Assembly: GCA_963729605.1 (NCBI GenBank)
Contig: CAVSNY010000003.1
Coordinates: forward strand, 320,001 to 384,000
Direction of reading: 5' to 3'
DNA length: 64,000 nucleotides
Source of the DNA: an uncultured Gammaproteobacteria bacterium
Lineage (GTDB): Bacteria; Pseudomonadota; Gammaproteobacteria; DRLM01
Positions 28,771 to 39,487 of this stretch are shown piece after piece (within the stretch, counting starts at the first letter, position 1; every line of letters starts with the position of its first letter). Made by a program: the position numbers and the translations under genes. The notes under the pieces were generated by a model. That model did not search any database. It saw only the letters and a list, made by a program, of their open reading frames with translations, and was not told where the DNA came from.

Positions 28771-31700
28771 TCAATCGAGCGGGCTCAGCCGGTTCTTTTC
28801 CACCGGGATGAACGGCGGTTTGAGTTGGTCGCGCACCTCTTTCATGGGGACCTGCTCGCCCGCGCGTTTCGCGATCTCCTCGCTGTAACGCGCGAGCCGG
28901 CGCTGATAGGCCTTCCAGTAATAGATCCACAAGGTCGCCGCGCGCGGGCCGTAACTCAGCCGCACCAGCTTGCGCCGCATCTTGGGATCGCGCACCTGGC
29001 TGCTGATCGAACGCTGCTCGGCCTCGATCGATGCCAGCCGCGACTCGACCGGTTCGAGCGCCTTGGCGTAGGCCGCCGCGTGCGCCTCGAGGTGCTCGAG
29101 CAGCTCGGCCGCGGCGATCGAGCTGCGTTTTTTGTCGCCGGCCAATTGTTGCTCGAGTGCCGCCCACGCGGCCGGCGCCTCTTCGTTCCAGAACTTGAGC
29201 GTCACGTCGTTGTGCATCTCGCGCATGCGTTCGGTGACGGCGAGGTAACGGTTGTGGAACGCAAAGGTAAGGCTGTCCTTCTTTTCCGAAGCCGGTCCGA
29301 ACAGCTTGGTCGTCGCCGTGGTCTGATAAAAATCCCACAACTTGCGCTGCGCCTTCTTGGGATCGTCGCCGACTATCGGCACGTCCTTGACGACGAAGGG
29401 CATGTCGAGCGGGCCGCTGATGAATGACGAACTCGCGATCTCGCCGATGAACTGGGTCTCGTCGCGCGGGCCGGGCGGATGCTGCTCCGTCTCGATGGTG
29501 ACCATGCCGGTCTCGTCGGAGACCTTCTTGGTTTCGGTGTAGGCCTCCCAGTCTTTGCGGATGTCGCGCCATTTCTCGGCGCTGAGCTCCTCGTAATGGT
29601 CGTTGTGGATGAGATAGGCCGGCAAATCGTCGCCGTCGATGACGAGCGCGATGTGCGCCGGCAGCAGGACGAAACGGAAACGCAGCTTGAGCTCGTTGCG
29701 CACCAGCGACAGGATATAGGCCGCGCGCAAGGCATAGACCCCGCAGTCATGCACCAGCTGGCCGCTCAGCGCGCGCGGGAAATCGCGGTTGAGATAGTTG
29801 TCGCCGATGTCGTAGACGTTGGTGTAGCGCGCGTGCTCGGTGAAGGCGCGCAGGTAGGTGAACAGCAGGTCGATGACGGCGTGCAGGGCCTCGGCGGGTT
29901 TGCGCCGCAGTCGGCGCGTGCCGGTCAGCGGCGGGTCGATCATGTCCTGGTATTTTTGCAGCACGAACTCGCGCCAGTCGTCGTCGCTGTGCAGGCGCAG
30001 ACGGCCGCCCTTGAGGTGCTTGAGCGTCTCGGCATTGCGTTCAGCGTCATCGCCGATGGGGCTGTCGAAGGGTTTTTCTCGCGGCAGGATATCCACCGCG
30101 CCGTAGATGCGCGCCAGCACGTTGATCTGATTTATGCGCGCCTGATAAAGCCGCTCCAGCGACATATGGAGTTCCCGCGCGACCTCGTGGCGCGGGTCGT
30201 AGGTCGTGATGGGTAGGGTGCGGCGCTTGGCCTGCTTGCCTTTGGCGAAGGGATCCGAGATCGTGCCGTGGCCGGCCTTCTTGATCCGGGTGCGCGTGAT
30301 GGGTATGCGCAGGCCCGCGATGTCCTTGCCGCGATCGCTGGGGAACAGCGCGGGCCGCAGCTCGCTGTCGAGTAGTTTGCGCATCAGCGCCAGCGTGGCC
30401 GAGCCTTGTTGATTTTCAAGCTCGGTCGCGGCACCGTCGATCATGGTTTGCAGCAGGGTCTCGATGCCGCCGCCGAACAGCAGCTCGAGCTGTTCGGTCA
30501 GTGCGTCATAATACTCGATGCGGGTCATCCACGGCCGCAGCACGATACCCCGGCCGTCCATGCGCCGCTCCCAGGCCAGCGCCTCGTAATCGATGGCGGC
30601 GATCGCGTCACGCAGCGGCACGAAGGCACGTACCAGGAATTTGAATGAAGCGGCGGTCGTGTCGGGGGTCGAGGTATCGATCGCCGCCACGGCAAGTTCA
30701 GTCAGCCGTTTAAAAAACTCCACGGTGCGGCGATCGGCGCCGGGGTCGTAGCCGGGCGAAAACGCGGCCTTTTCGCCGTAGTGGCGGCGCAGTTTGGCGC
30801 TTTCATCCGCCAAGCCGAGCTCGATCATACGCGCGGCCAATTCGATCATGAGATCGCGGCTGATGGTGCCGAGGTGAAAGCCGATGTCGGCGTCCATGAA
30901 TACGTCGAGCAGCTTCGGTATGTCGGCACTGCGCTTTTGATCGACGGCCTCGCACAGGGGCAACAAGGCCTTGAGTCCGCGATAATTGAGATGTTCGATG
31001 ACCAGGAAGGGCGATTGCGCGGCCTGCGCGGCCATGCGCTGGTCGTGGTCGGCGATGGCGTCGATCACGTATTGATAAAACTTGGTCGGTACGATCCCCG
31101 GTTTTTTCTTGCGTTGAATCACCGCGCCGCCGAAACCGGGCTGGGTCTGTTGCACGACGTGCGCGAGTTCGTGCGCGAGCAGATGACGGCCCTGCGGCGT
31201 GTGCGGCGAATAGCGCTGCGCCGCGAACACGATGTGTTCGCCCGCCGTGTAGGCAAATGCGGCGACCGCGTCGGCCGATGTGGCGGCGCGGCTGTCGGTG
31301 TGAATGCGCACGGCGCTGAAGTCGCGGCCGAAGCGCGCCTCCATGTAGCTGCGCGTGGCAGCATCGAGCGGTTGGCCCGCGCCGTCCAGGGCCTCGCGCA
31401 CCGAGGGCGGCACGGCGCTGATATCGCCGTCGCCGCTGGCCTTGCGCTGGATGCCGACTTCCTCTTTTTTCTTCGGTTCTTCTTTGAGATCGGGCGCGGC
31501 CTCGCCGAGCGGCTTGAGTTTGAGTTCCTCATCGAGCAGAGAAAAGGGTTTGGGTTTGAATTCGAACTTCGGCTGCGGCAATTGAAACGGCGAGGGCGCG
31601 GCATAAGGCGGCACGCCGCCGAGCTCCGGCAGCCGCGGCAACTCCTTTTGCAGCGGCAATAACCCGAAGCGTTGCAGCGCCTCGGGCGAGCCCGGTTTGT

Positions 31701-32364
31701 AGCGCAAGCCCGCACGGAAGCGCGCCTGCTCGGCCGCCATCTTCGCGTTCTCCTCGCGCAGCCGCTCGGTCTCGGTCTTCACCGGTTTTTTCTTGCCGCC
31801 GAGCTGCTCGCTGTAGCTGAAACTGATCATCGCCTTGGTCGGTTTGTCGACCGGCCCTTCGTAGGTGATCTTCACCTTGAGGCCGGGCGTGATCTTGTCC
31901 AGAGCGATCTCGGGGAGTTGGGCGGGCAGGGGCCGGTGCGTCGCGGCCAGCGCCGCAACGGCGCCCGCGGCGGCGGTGCCGGTGATGATCTTGCCCGGCA
32001 AGCTACCGATGAAACTTTCGCCGGCCTCCTTGGTGCCTTTGACCAAGGGGTCCTGCCCGGCCTTTTCCTTGAGCTTTTTGCCGAGTTCGGTGGCGAGAAA
32101 GGCCTCGCCCAGTTTTTCCGCCGCCTCCTTGTATTTTTCTTCCTCGGCCTTCGGTTTCTCGTCGCGCTGTACAGCCGATACCGGGACACGCGATAGCAAC
32201 AAGTCGTCGCGCGGGACGGGCCGGCCGCTCGTCACCGCCTGGGCGGCGCGGTCGGCCTCGCGTTCGTACGCGTCATTCGGCGCGCCGATGCGCAAACTCG
32301 TCTTGCGTTGCAGCCAAGCGGCGTTGCGGCTACTCACCTTGGTCCGCCGCGTGCGTTCAACCAT
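28771..32364 (-). CDS. DUF4157 (eCIS core domain) protein with large C-terminal putative effector region
   Basis: IGAPNDAYEREAD, GQPLD..R.YMEARFG.DFS.VRIH, LLAHELAHVVQQ; later DCGVYA/AHIALV/HND; start ATG 32364. Confidence 0.88.
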   Translation of the reverse strand: MVERTRRTKVSSRNAAWLQRKTSLRIGAPNDAYEREADRAAQAVTSGRPVPRDDLLLSRVPVSAVQRDEKPKAEEEKYKEAAEKLGEAFLATELGKKLKEKAGQDPLVKGTKEAGESFIGSLPGKIITGTAAAGAVAALAATHRPLPAQLPEIALDKITPGLKVKITYEGPVDKPTKAMISFSYSEQLGGKKKPVKTETERLREENAKMAAEQARFRAGLRYKPGSPEALQRFGLLPLQKELPRLPELGGVPPYAAPSPFQLPQPKFEFKPKPFSLLDEELKLKPLGEAAPDLKEEPKKKEEVGIQRKASGDGDISAVPPSVREALDGAGQPLDAATRSYMEARFGRDFSAVRIHTDSRAATSADAVAAFAYTAGEHIVFAAQRYSPHTPQGRHLLAHELAHVVQQTQPGFGGAVIQRKKKPGIVPTKFYQYVIDAIADHDQRMAAQAAQSPFLVIEHLNYRGLKALLPLCEAVDQKRSADIPKLLDVFMDADIGFHLGTISRDLMIELAARMIELGLADESAKLRRHYGEKAAFSPGYDPGADRRTVEFFKRLTELAVAAIDTSTPDTTAASFKFLVRAFVPLRDAIAAIDYEALAWERRMDGRGIVLRPWMTRIEYYDALTEQLELLFGGGIETLLQTMIDGAATELENQQGSATLALMRKLLDSELRPALFPSDRGKDIAGLRIPITRTRIKKAGHGTISDPFAKGKQAKRRTLPITTYDPRHEVARELHMSLERLYQARINQINVLARIYGAVDILPREKPFDSPIGDDAERNAETLKHLKGGRLRLHSDDDWREFVLQKYQDMIDPPLTGTRRLRRKPAEALHAVIDLLFTYLRAFTEHARYTNVYDIGDNYLNRDFPRALSGQLVHDCGVYALRAAYILSLVRNELKLRFRFVLLPAHIALVIDGDDLPAYLIHNDHYEELSAEKWRDIRKDWEAYTETKKVSDETGMVTIETEQHPPGPRDETQFIGEIASSSFISGPLDMPFVVKDVPIVGDDPKKAQRKLWDFYQTTATTKLFGPASEKKDSLTFAFHNRYLAVTERMREMHNDVTLKFWNEEAPAAWAALEQQLAGDKKRSSIAAAELLEHLEAHAAAYAKALEPVESRLASIEAEQRSISSQVRDPKMRRKLVRLSYGPRAATLWIYYWKAYQRRLARYSEEIAKRAGEQVPMKEVRDQLKPPFIPVEKNRLSPLD

Positions 32365-32638
32365 GGCCGTGCTCCGGCGCCGCGGCGATCGCATCGGTGA
32401 CGATACACGCCAAGGCGGCACTCAATTGCGCGCCGCTGCAATCGGCGGGCAGATCGATGTTCGCGCGTACATGCGGCACGGCGGCCGTCCGCGAAGACGG
32501 CGGCAGTGCGGGCAAACGGTCGCGCAGCGCCGCCTGCAACGCGGCTGTGATGGTCGCGGCGTCAATACGCGTGTAGCCGTGCAGTACCAGACGGTCGATA
32601 TGCAGATGGACGGCGACGGCCGTCGCGGGCGTCTTCAT
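32357..32638 (-). CDS. Small eCIS-associated hypothetical protein
   Basis: VHLHIDRLVLHG motif typical of eCIS small genes; overlaps both neighbours. Confidence 0.75.
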   Translation of the reverse strand: MKTPATAVAVHLHIDRLVLHGYTRIDAATITAALQAALRDRLPALPPSSRTAAVPHVRANIDLPADCSGAQLSAALACIVTDAIAAAPEHGHG

Positions 32639-33491
32639 TTGAACAAGTCCGTATCCACGTATTTTTGCTTGACCATCGACCAGAAGTCGTCGGCCAAGCC
32701 CGCTTCGACATACCTGTAGGGCAGCCAGCCGTAACCGTGGTCACCCCAGCCCTTGCCCCAGGAATTGCGAATCAGCAGGGCGCCTTTATGAGGACCGATT
32801 TTTTTCTTGTCGTCGTAACCGACCGCGAGCACCGCGTGGCCGCCTTCGAGGGTGTCGCCTTTGGTGGGGTAGGGAATCTCGCCCTTGCCGTCGCCCAGCG
32901 GCGGGATGGAGCTGTAGACCGAGAAGCCGAACATGGCCGGCAGTTCGGCGGCGAGATAACGTTTGATCTCGCCCAGCACCTTGCCCGGCACGGTGCCCGG
33001 CGGATCGAGACGGTAATACTGCACCGCCAGATAACTCTGGGCGAAGGAATAGCAGAAGGCGGTGGGTTCGTCGTTGAACTTGCTGGTGTAGTAGGGCCAA
33101 TATTTTTCCGGCGGCACGCCGAACAACACCATGGCCTTCATGGTGTCGCGCAGATAGGCGCCGTCGTCGCCCTTGACATCCCATCAGATTGCGCGTGACC
33201 TTGTAGAGAAACAGGCGCGAGGCGTCCATGTGTTTGCCGAAGGCGCGCCGCTCGTAATATTCCATCATGCCTACCGCCGCGTGGGCGGTGCAGGAATCCG
33301 AGGCTGCCTTGATCTTCGATCGGCGAACACCAAGGGCGCAAATCGACGGCGGTCGGCGCGGCCTTGCGGGCTTTTTTAAGCGGCGTGGATTGGCTCAGCA
33401 ATTTATCGACGGCTTCCGACTCCGGCGTGTAATCTCGCACGTCCGGCAGATCGTGCTGCCAACCCAGACCTAGGCCGTGTATCGTCTTCAT
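32635..33491 (-). CDS. C1 (papain-family) cysteine peptidase; two frameshifts near 33297 and 33180
   Basis: GW..DLPD.RD, VDLRPWCSPIEDQGSLG(SCTAH), SRLFLYK, GGHAVLAVGYDD, RNSWG..WG..GY. Confidence 0.88.
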
Positions 33492-33666
33492 CGTTGTCAC
33501 TCCTTCGTATTTAAATTTTCACCCGCATGTTTGGAATCCGGTTCACCCTGGGCCTCTCCCGCGAGGGAGAGAGGGTGTCTTATCCGCGTCGTCGCGTTTG
33601 AGCGCGCGCGCCCATCCTGGAATTCCGAGCAAGAGAAGATTCGTAGCCGACTATTGAATTTCACGT

Positions 33667-35567
<1,901 letters not shown>

Positions 35568-35571
<4 letters not shown>

Positions 35572-36887
35572 GCGGGGATGTTCATCCTTTGCGTGATATC
35601 GAATTGCGGCGGCGTGAGTTCGCGGTTCACCAACACGCTGTCCGCGCCGTCGACGCGCAGCCGCAGCCATTGCTGACCGGCGCCGAGCGCGGGGAAGATA
35701 AAATCAAGGGTGCCGGTTTGTACGGTGATGTCACCCGGCGCTTCGTTGCCGCCGGCATTGAGGCTCACGGTTTGTCCCGGCCGCACCTGCGGAGTAAAGG
35801 TTAAGGAGATCGTCACCGCGCCGCTGCCGGCGTCGCGCACGGCGCTCGAACCGGGAATATCAAGGCGCGGCGCCAGCAGCAGGGGCAGGCTGTTGCTGCT
35901 GCGGTCGAAGGTCTCGCCGGGACGTTGCAATATCACCGTGACGTTCCAAACGCCGGGCGGCCAGGCGAGCCGGGCGGCGGCGTCATTGGGCAGGGTCACG
36001 GTGATGTTCTCGCCGTTGGCGTTGAGGCCGAGATTTATCTCGATGGGGTTGACGAGGCGCGGGTGTTCGAAACGCACGCGCACATTGCCGCCTTCGAGGT
36101 TGTGGCCTTGCAGGGTGACGACGTCGCCCTGCTGCGCGGCGATTTGCTGGTGAGGCAGGGCGATGGCGGTGAGCATGGGATAGGGCGGAATCAAACCTCC
36201 CACCGCCACCACGCCGCGTTCGCGGCCGGTCGCGAGGTCGCGTTCGCCGCGCGTCAGCACCGGCAGGGCGTTGCGCGTCGCGCGGCGCGATTCGATCAGC
36301 ACCACCGAGAGGTGGTAGGCGGCGGTGGGACGATAATGGCCCTGGATCGCCGACCAGAGTTTCGACATCTCTTCGGTGCTCAATGTCTCCGGCGTAATTT
36401 TGATTTGCTCGACCTGGTCGGCGAGATCGGCGGCGGCGAGGGCCTGAAAGGCGGGCGGCAGGATGGAGCTGTCTATCGTACCGCCGCTCAGCGCGGTGCG
36501 GATCGCCTGGCGGTCGAGCACCGGCGTCTCATGCAGCAGATGCATGGCGTAGCCCAATAAGATTTCGCTGTGCAGTTCCGCCGCGCCGTAGGCGGTGAGC
36601 AAATAGTGCAGGTCCAACGCCAGCGGTGGATTGGCGAGACGCGTGCCGCGCTCGTCGCGCGAGGGCAGGCCGACGTTGCGCCAGCCGGCATTGGGCGTGA
36701 CCTGGTACAGAAACAGATTGAGCTGGGTGCGGGCGTTGGTGCCGTCGATGGCGATGCTGTCCGGCGGCACGGCGGTGACCGTGACGTTATTGCCGAGCGC
36801 GCCGGTGATGTTGTGGTCGATGAGGCCGTTGTTGAGCAGATCGCGCAACACGGCGGTGACGGCGGCGAGGGCGAGCGGGCTGCTCAT
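35568..36887 (-). CDS. DUF4255 / Pvc16-like tail terminator with Ig-like extension
   Basis: ALAAVTAVLR.LL, LNLFLYQVTPN.GWRN, PLALDLHYLLTAY; start ATG 36887. Confidence 0.92.
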
Positions 36888-37027
36888 GGCCGCGCTCCGT
36901 CCGATGTCGATCGCGGCGGGACGAGTTTCGCGCGGCATGCCATCGGCGGCGGATACGAATACGCCGTGGCGCGGACGGCGCGCGCTCGATACGCTGCGAC
37001 GGTAATGATGATCGGCGCGCCGTTCAT
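36884..37027 (-). CDS. 47-aa ORF with ATGA overlaps at both ends
   Basis: MNGAPIIITV...DGARP; starts in the upstream stop and ends in the DUF4255 start. Confidence 0.4.
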   Translation of the reverse strand: MNGAPIIITVAAYRARAVRATAYSYPPPMACRAKLVPPRSTSDGARP

Positions 37028-37794
37028 GGTTTGCCTCCGCCGCGTTTGAGGTAGTCGGCGAGCGATTGCGTCGGTTTGGGTTCAGTCCGCGGACGTGACG
37101 CGGGCGGCGGCGCGGTGTTCGCCCGCACTTCGATACGGCCGATGCTGATGTGTATCGTCGGCGCGGCCGAGCCATGCCGATCCGCCATGTCGGCGGCGAA
37201 CGCGGAGGGCGCGGGTGTTTCGCTGGAATTCATTTTATTGGCGGGGACCAAGGGCGGCTGCTCCCTCTCCCCTACCCCCTCTCCCGCGAGGGGAGAGGGG
37301 AATGAAGAGGTCGGCGCGTATTTTGACGCATCCGCGGTAAATCCTGAGTTACTTGTCGGCACACTGTTTTGTGTATCGCCCGGCACAAGCCCCTCTCCCC
37401 GCGCGGGAGAGGGGTTGGGGAGAGGCTGAGCCGACATGTGAGCGACGGAGGTAAAAGCCGCATCGTCACTTTTCCTTTGCGGAACGTCCGGTTTGTTATA
37501 CGCAGCGGTTTTCTCCCCTTCTCCCGTAAAGGGGAGAGGGGACGCATATACCGCGTTCGGTGCTTTTGCGTTCCCTCCCTCCGCGCGGGGAACGCGCAGC
37601 GAGAGGGGCAGAGCCGGTTGAGGAGAGATAGAGAGAGCGTCATCGGTTCCAGACGCATTCTGTGAAATGAGACTCGAGATATCACGCGCCGCGCCCTCGT
37701 GTTCGAAGGGCGCGAACAGACTCGGCAGCCGCGGCGCGATCAAAGGCGCCGTTCCCAAACTGCGTTGCGCGAGACGGCTGAGGAAATCGCTCAT
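37024..37794 (-). CDS. eCIS hypothetical protein with repeat-derived linker
   Basis: MSDFLSRLAQR..PRLPSLF N-terminus and IHISIGRIEVRA..SLADYL C-terminus; start ATG 37794. Confidence 0.75.
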   Translation of the reverse strand: MSDFLSRLAQRSLGTAPLIAPRLPSLFAPFEHEGAARDISSLISQNASGTDDALSISPQPALPLSLRVPRAEGGNAKAPNAVYASPLPFTGEGEKTAAYNKPDVPQRKSDDAAFTSVAHMSAQPLPNPSPARGEGLVPGDTQNSVPTSNSGFTADASKYAPTSSFPSPLAGEGVGEREQPPLVPANKMNSSETPAPSAFAADMADRHGSAAPTIHISIGRIEVRANTAPPPASRPRTEPKPTQSLADYLKRGGGKP

Positions 37795-38519
37795 GACGCC
37801 ACTCTCTGTAAATAAGCGGCGCGGCGCGCGGGGCTCAGCGCGAGGATGTCGGCCTCGCGCCAGCCGTAGGCGCGCGCCAGCAGGTGGACCTCCAGCAACA
37901 GGCGTTGCGCGCGCGCGGCGACTTCGCTCCACAGGATGTGCACGATGTCCAATAACGATTGCCAGCGATGGGCGCAGGCGGGACAGTGGAGGTCCAGCAG
38001 CAGCTCGGCCCCTGGATCGGCGGCGAGCGCGGCCTCGGCGAGCGCGTCGCGCAGGGTCGGTGGCAAGGCTTCGGTATCGATCACCTCGTCATCGCGGCGG
38101 GCTTCGACCACGCAGCGCTGCATCAATAAACGCCGGGCCTCCGTGACATCAGCGGCGGTGGCCGCGGCGGCGAGATCGAAGCTGTCGAGCGGGCGTATGC
38201 GCAGCGCGTAATTGTTTATTTCGAATGTGCATGCATGCGTGTCGTCGGGCAGTGCTTGCAGCGAACCGCAAGAGAGATCGAACTCCACCGTTTCGTTGCA
38301 CTGCGGACACACGCCGCGGCCGCCCAGCCGGTCGCCGAAGTTCAGTCGGCGCAAAATGAGCAGGCGCTGATTGCGTACACCCAGAGGCAGCGCGGCCAAT
38401 TCGTCGCGTGAACACCCAGGCTCCGCCGCCGTCAGCAAGGCCAGCGCCTGATCGACGGGGTGCTGGTGCTGCGCGGTCTCCCAGAGTTGAAGGATGTCGT
38501 GGGCGGCGAGGGCGCGCAT
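37791..38519 (-). CDS. T4 gp26-like baseplate/chaperone protein with two CxxC pairs
   Basis: LQLWE, CPQC, CPAC..W, LLLEVHLLARAYGWREADIL. Confidence 0.85.
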   Translation of the reverse strand: MRALAAHDILQLWETAQHQHPVDQALALLTAAEPGCSRDELAALPLGVRNQRLLILRRLNFGDRLGGRGVCPQCNETVEFDLSCGSLQALPDDTHACTFEINNYALRIRPLDSFDLAAAATAADVTEARRLLMQRCVVEARRDDEVIDTEALPPTLRDALAEAALAADPGAELLLDLHCPACAHRWQSLLDIVHILWSEVAARAQRLLLEVHLLARAYGWREADILALSPARRAAYLQRVAS

Positions 38520-38525
38520 ACAGAC

Positions 38526-39050
38526 TTACGCCGGCTCCGTGAAACTGGGTTCGCCGGGTTCGGTCACGTCGTAATCGCGTTCCCAGCCCTCGTTCTCCAG
38601 CTTGATGTGCTGGATGGCGACGGCGTTGGCGTTGGCATCGAGGTCGGGCAGGGCCTGGAATTCGGACACCCAGCAGCGATAGACCTTGTACGCCATGGCG
38701 AGCTGGCCGGCCTCGTTGTAGACCTCGACGATGAGGTCCTTGCGGAAATCCTTCAGCGAGACCTCGCTGCCGAGACCCGAGCCGTAGTTCCACACCTTGT
38801 TGGCCCACTTCTCGAACTCGGTGTCGTGGGTGACGCCGCGCTCGAGGGTGATGGCCTCGTATTTGGTGCGGCCCGGTGATTTACGCCCGCTGGACGGGTC
38901 GCCGCCTTCGCGGTGCTCGACGACTTCGGTACTGCGCTTCAAGGCGCTGACCTTGGAGACCCCCGCCACATAGCGGCCGTCCCATTTGACGCGGAATTTG
39001 AAGTTTTTGTACGGATCGAAACGTTGTGCGTTAACCGTGAATTGAGCCAT
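38526..39050 (-). CDS. Tail tube protein (T4 gp19 family)
   Basis: DPYKNFKFRVKWDG, PGRTKYEAITLERGVT, LENEGWERD. Confidence 0.96.
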   Translation of the reverse strand: MAQFTVNAQRFDPYKNFKFRVKWDGRYVAGVSKVSALKRSTEVVEHREGGDPSSGRKSPGRTKYEAITLERGVTHDTEFEKWANKVWNYGSGLGSEVSLKDFRKDLIVEVYNEAGQLAMAYKVYRCWVSEFQALPDLDANANAVAIQHIKLENEGWERDYDVTEPGEPSFTEPA

Positions 39051-39100
39051 GGACTTCTCCTTGTTTCAAAGGCGGCGCGGGCGGGGTGTGTCGATCGAGA

Positions 39101-39460
39101 CCCCTCTCCCTGTCCCTCTCCCGCGAGGGGAGAGGGGACGTAGTAAAGGAACGTGAACGAGACGTGTCTGTCCCTCTTCTCTCTTGATGAGAGGGAACGT
39201 GAGCAAGATGTGTCTGTTTCTCTCTCCCTTGATGAGAGGGGGCGTGAGCGAGAGGTGCCTTCTCTTTCCCCTCTCCCGCAAGGGGAGAGGAGACGTAGTA
39301 AAGGAGCGTGAAAAAACATGTCTCTGCCGCTGCTCTCGTGATGAGAGGGGACGTGAACGAGACTTGTCTGTTTTTCTTTCTCCTGATGAGAGGAAACGTG
39401 AACGAGAGGTGTCTTCTCTTTCCCCTCTCCCTCGATGGGAGAGGGGCAGGGGAGAGGGTG
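39101..39460. repeat. Degenerate tandem array (about 41-54 bp units) of CTCTC..GAGAG hairpins
   Basis: Recurring TGATGAGAGG(G)AACGTGAACGAGA..TGTCT units bracketed by CCCTCTCCC/GGGAGAGGG. Confidence 0.8.
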
Positions 39461-39487
39461 AGTAATTAAACCGCACACGCATCGTTA

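Noticed and set aside
39101-39460. Hairpin array as CRISPR
   Set aside because: Intervening sequences are themselves similar, so these are degenerate tandem repeats without unique spacers
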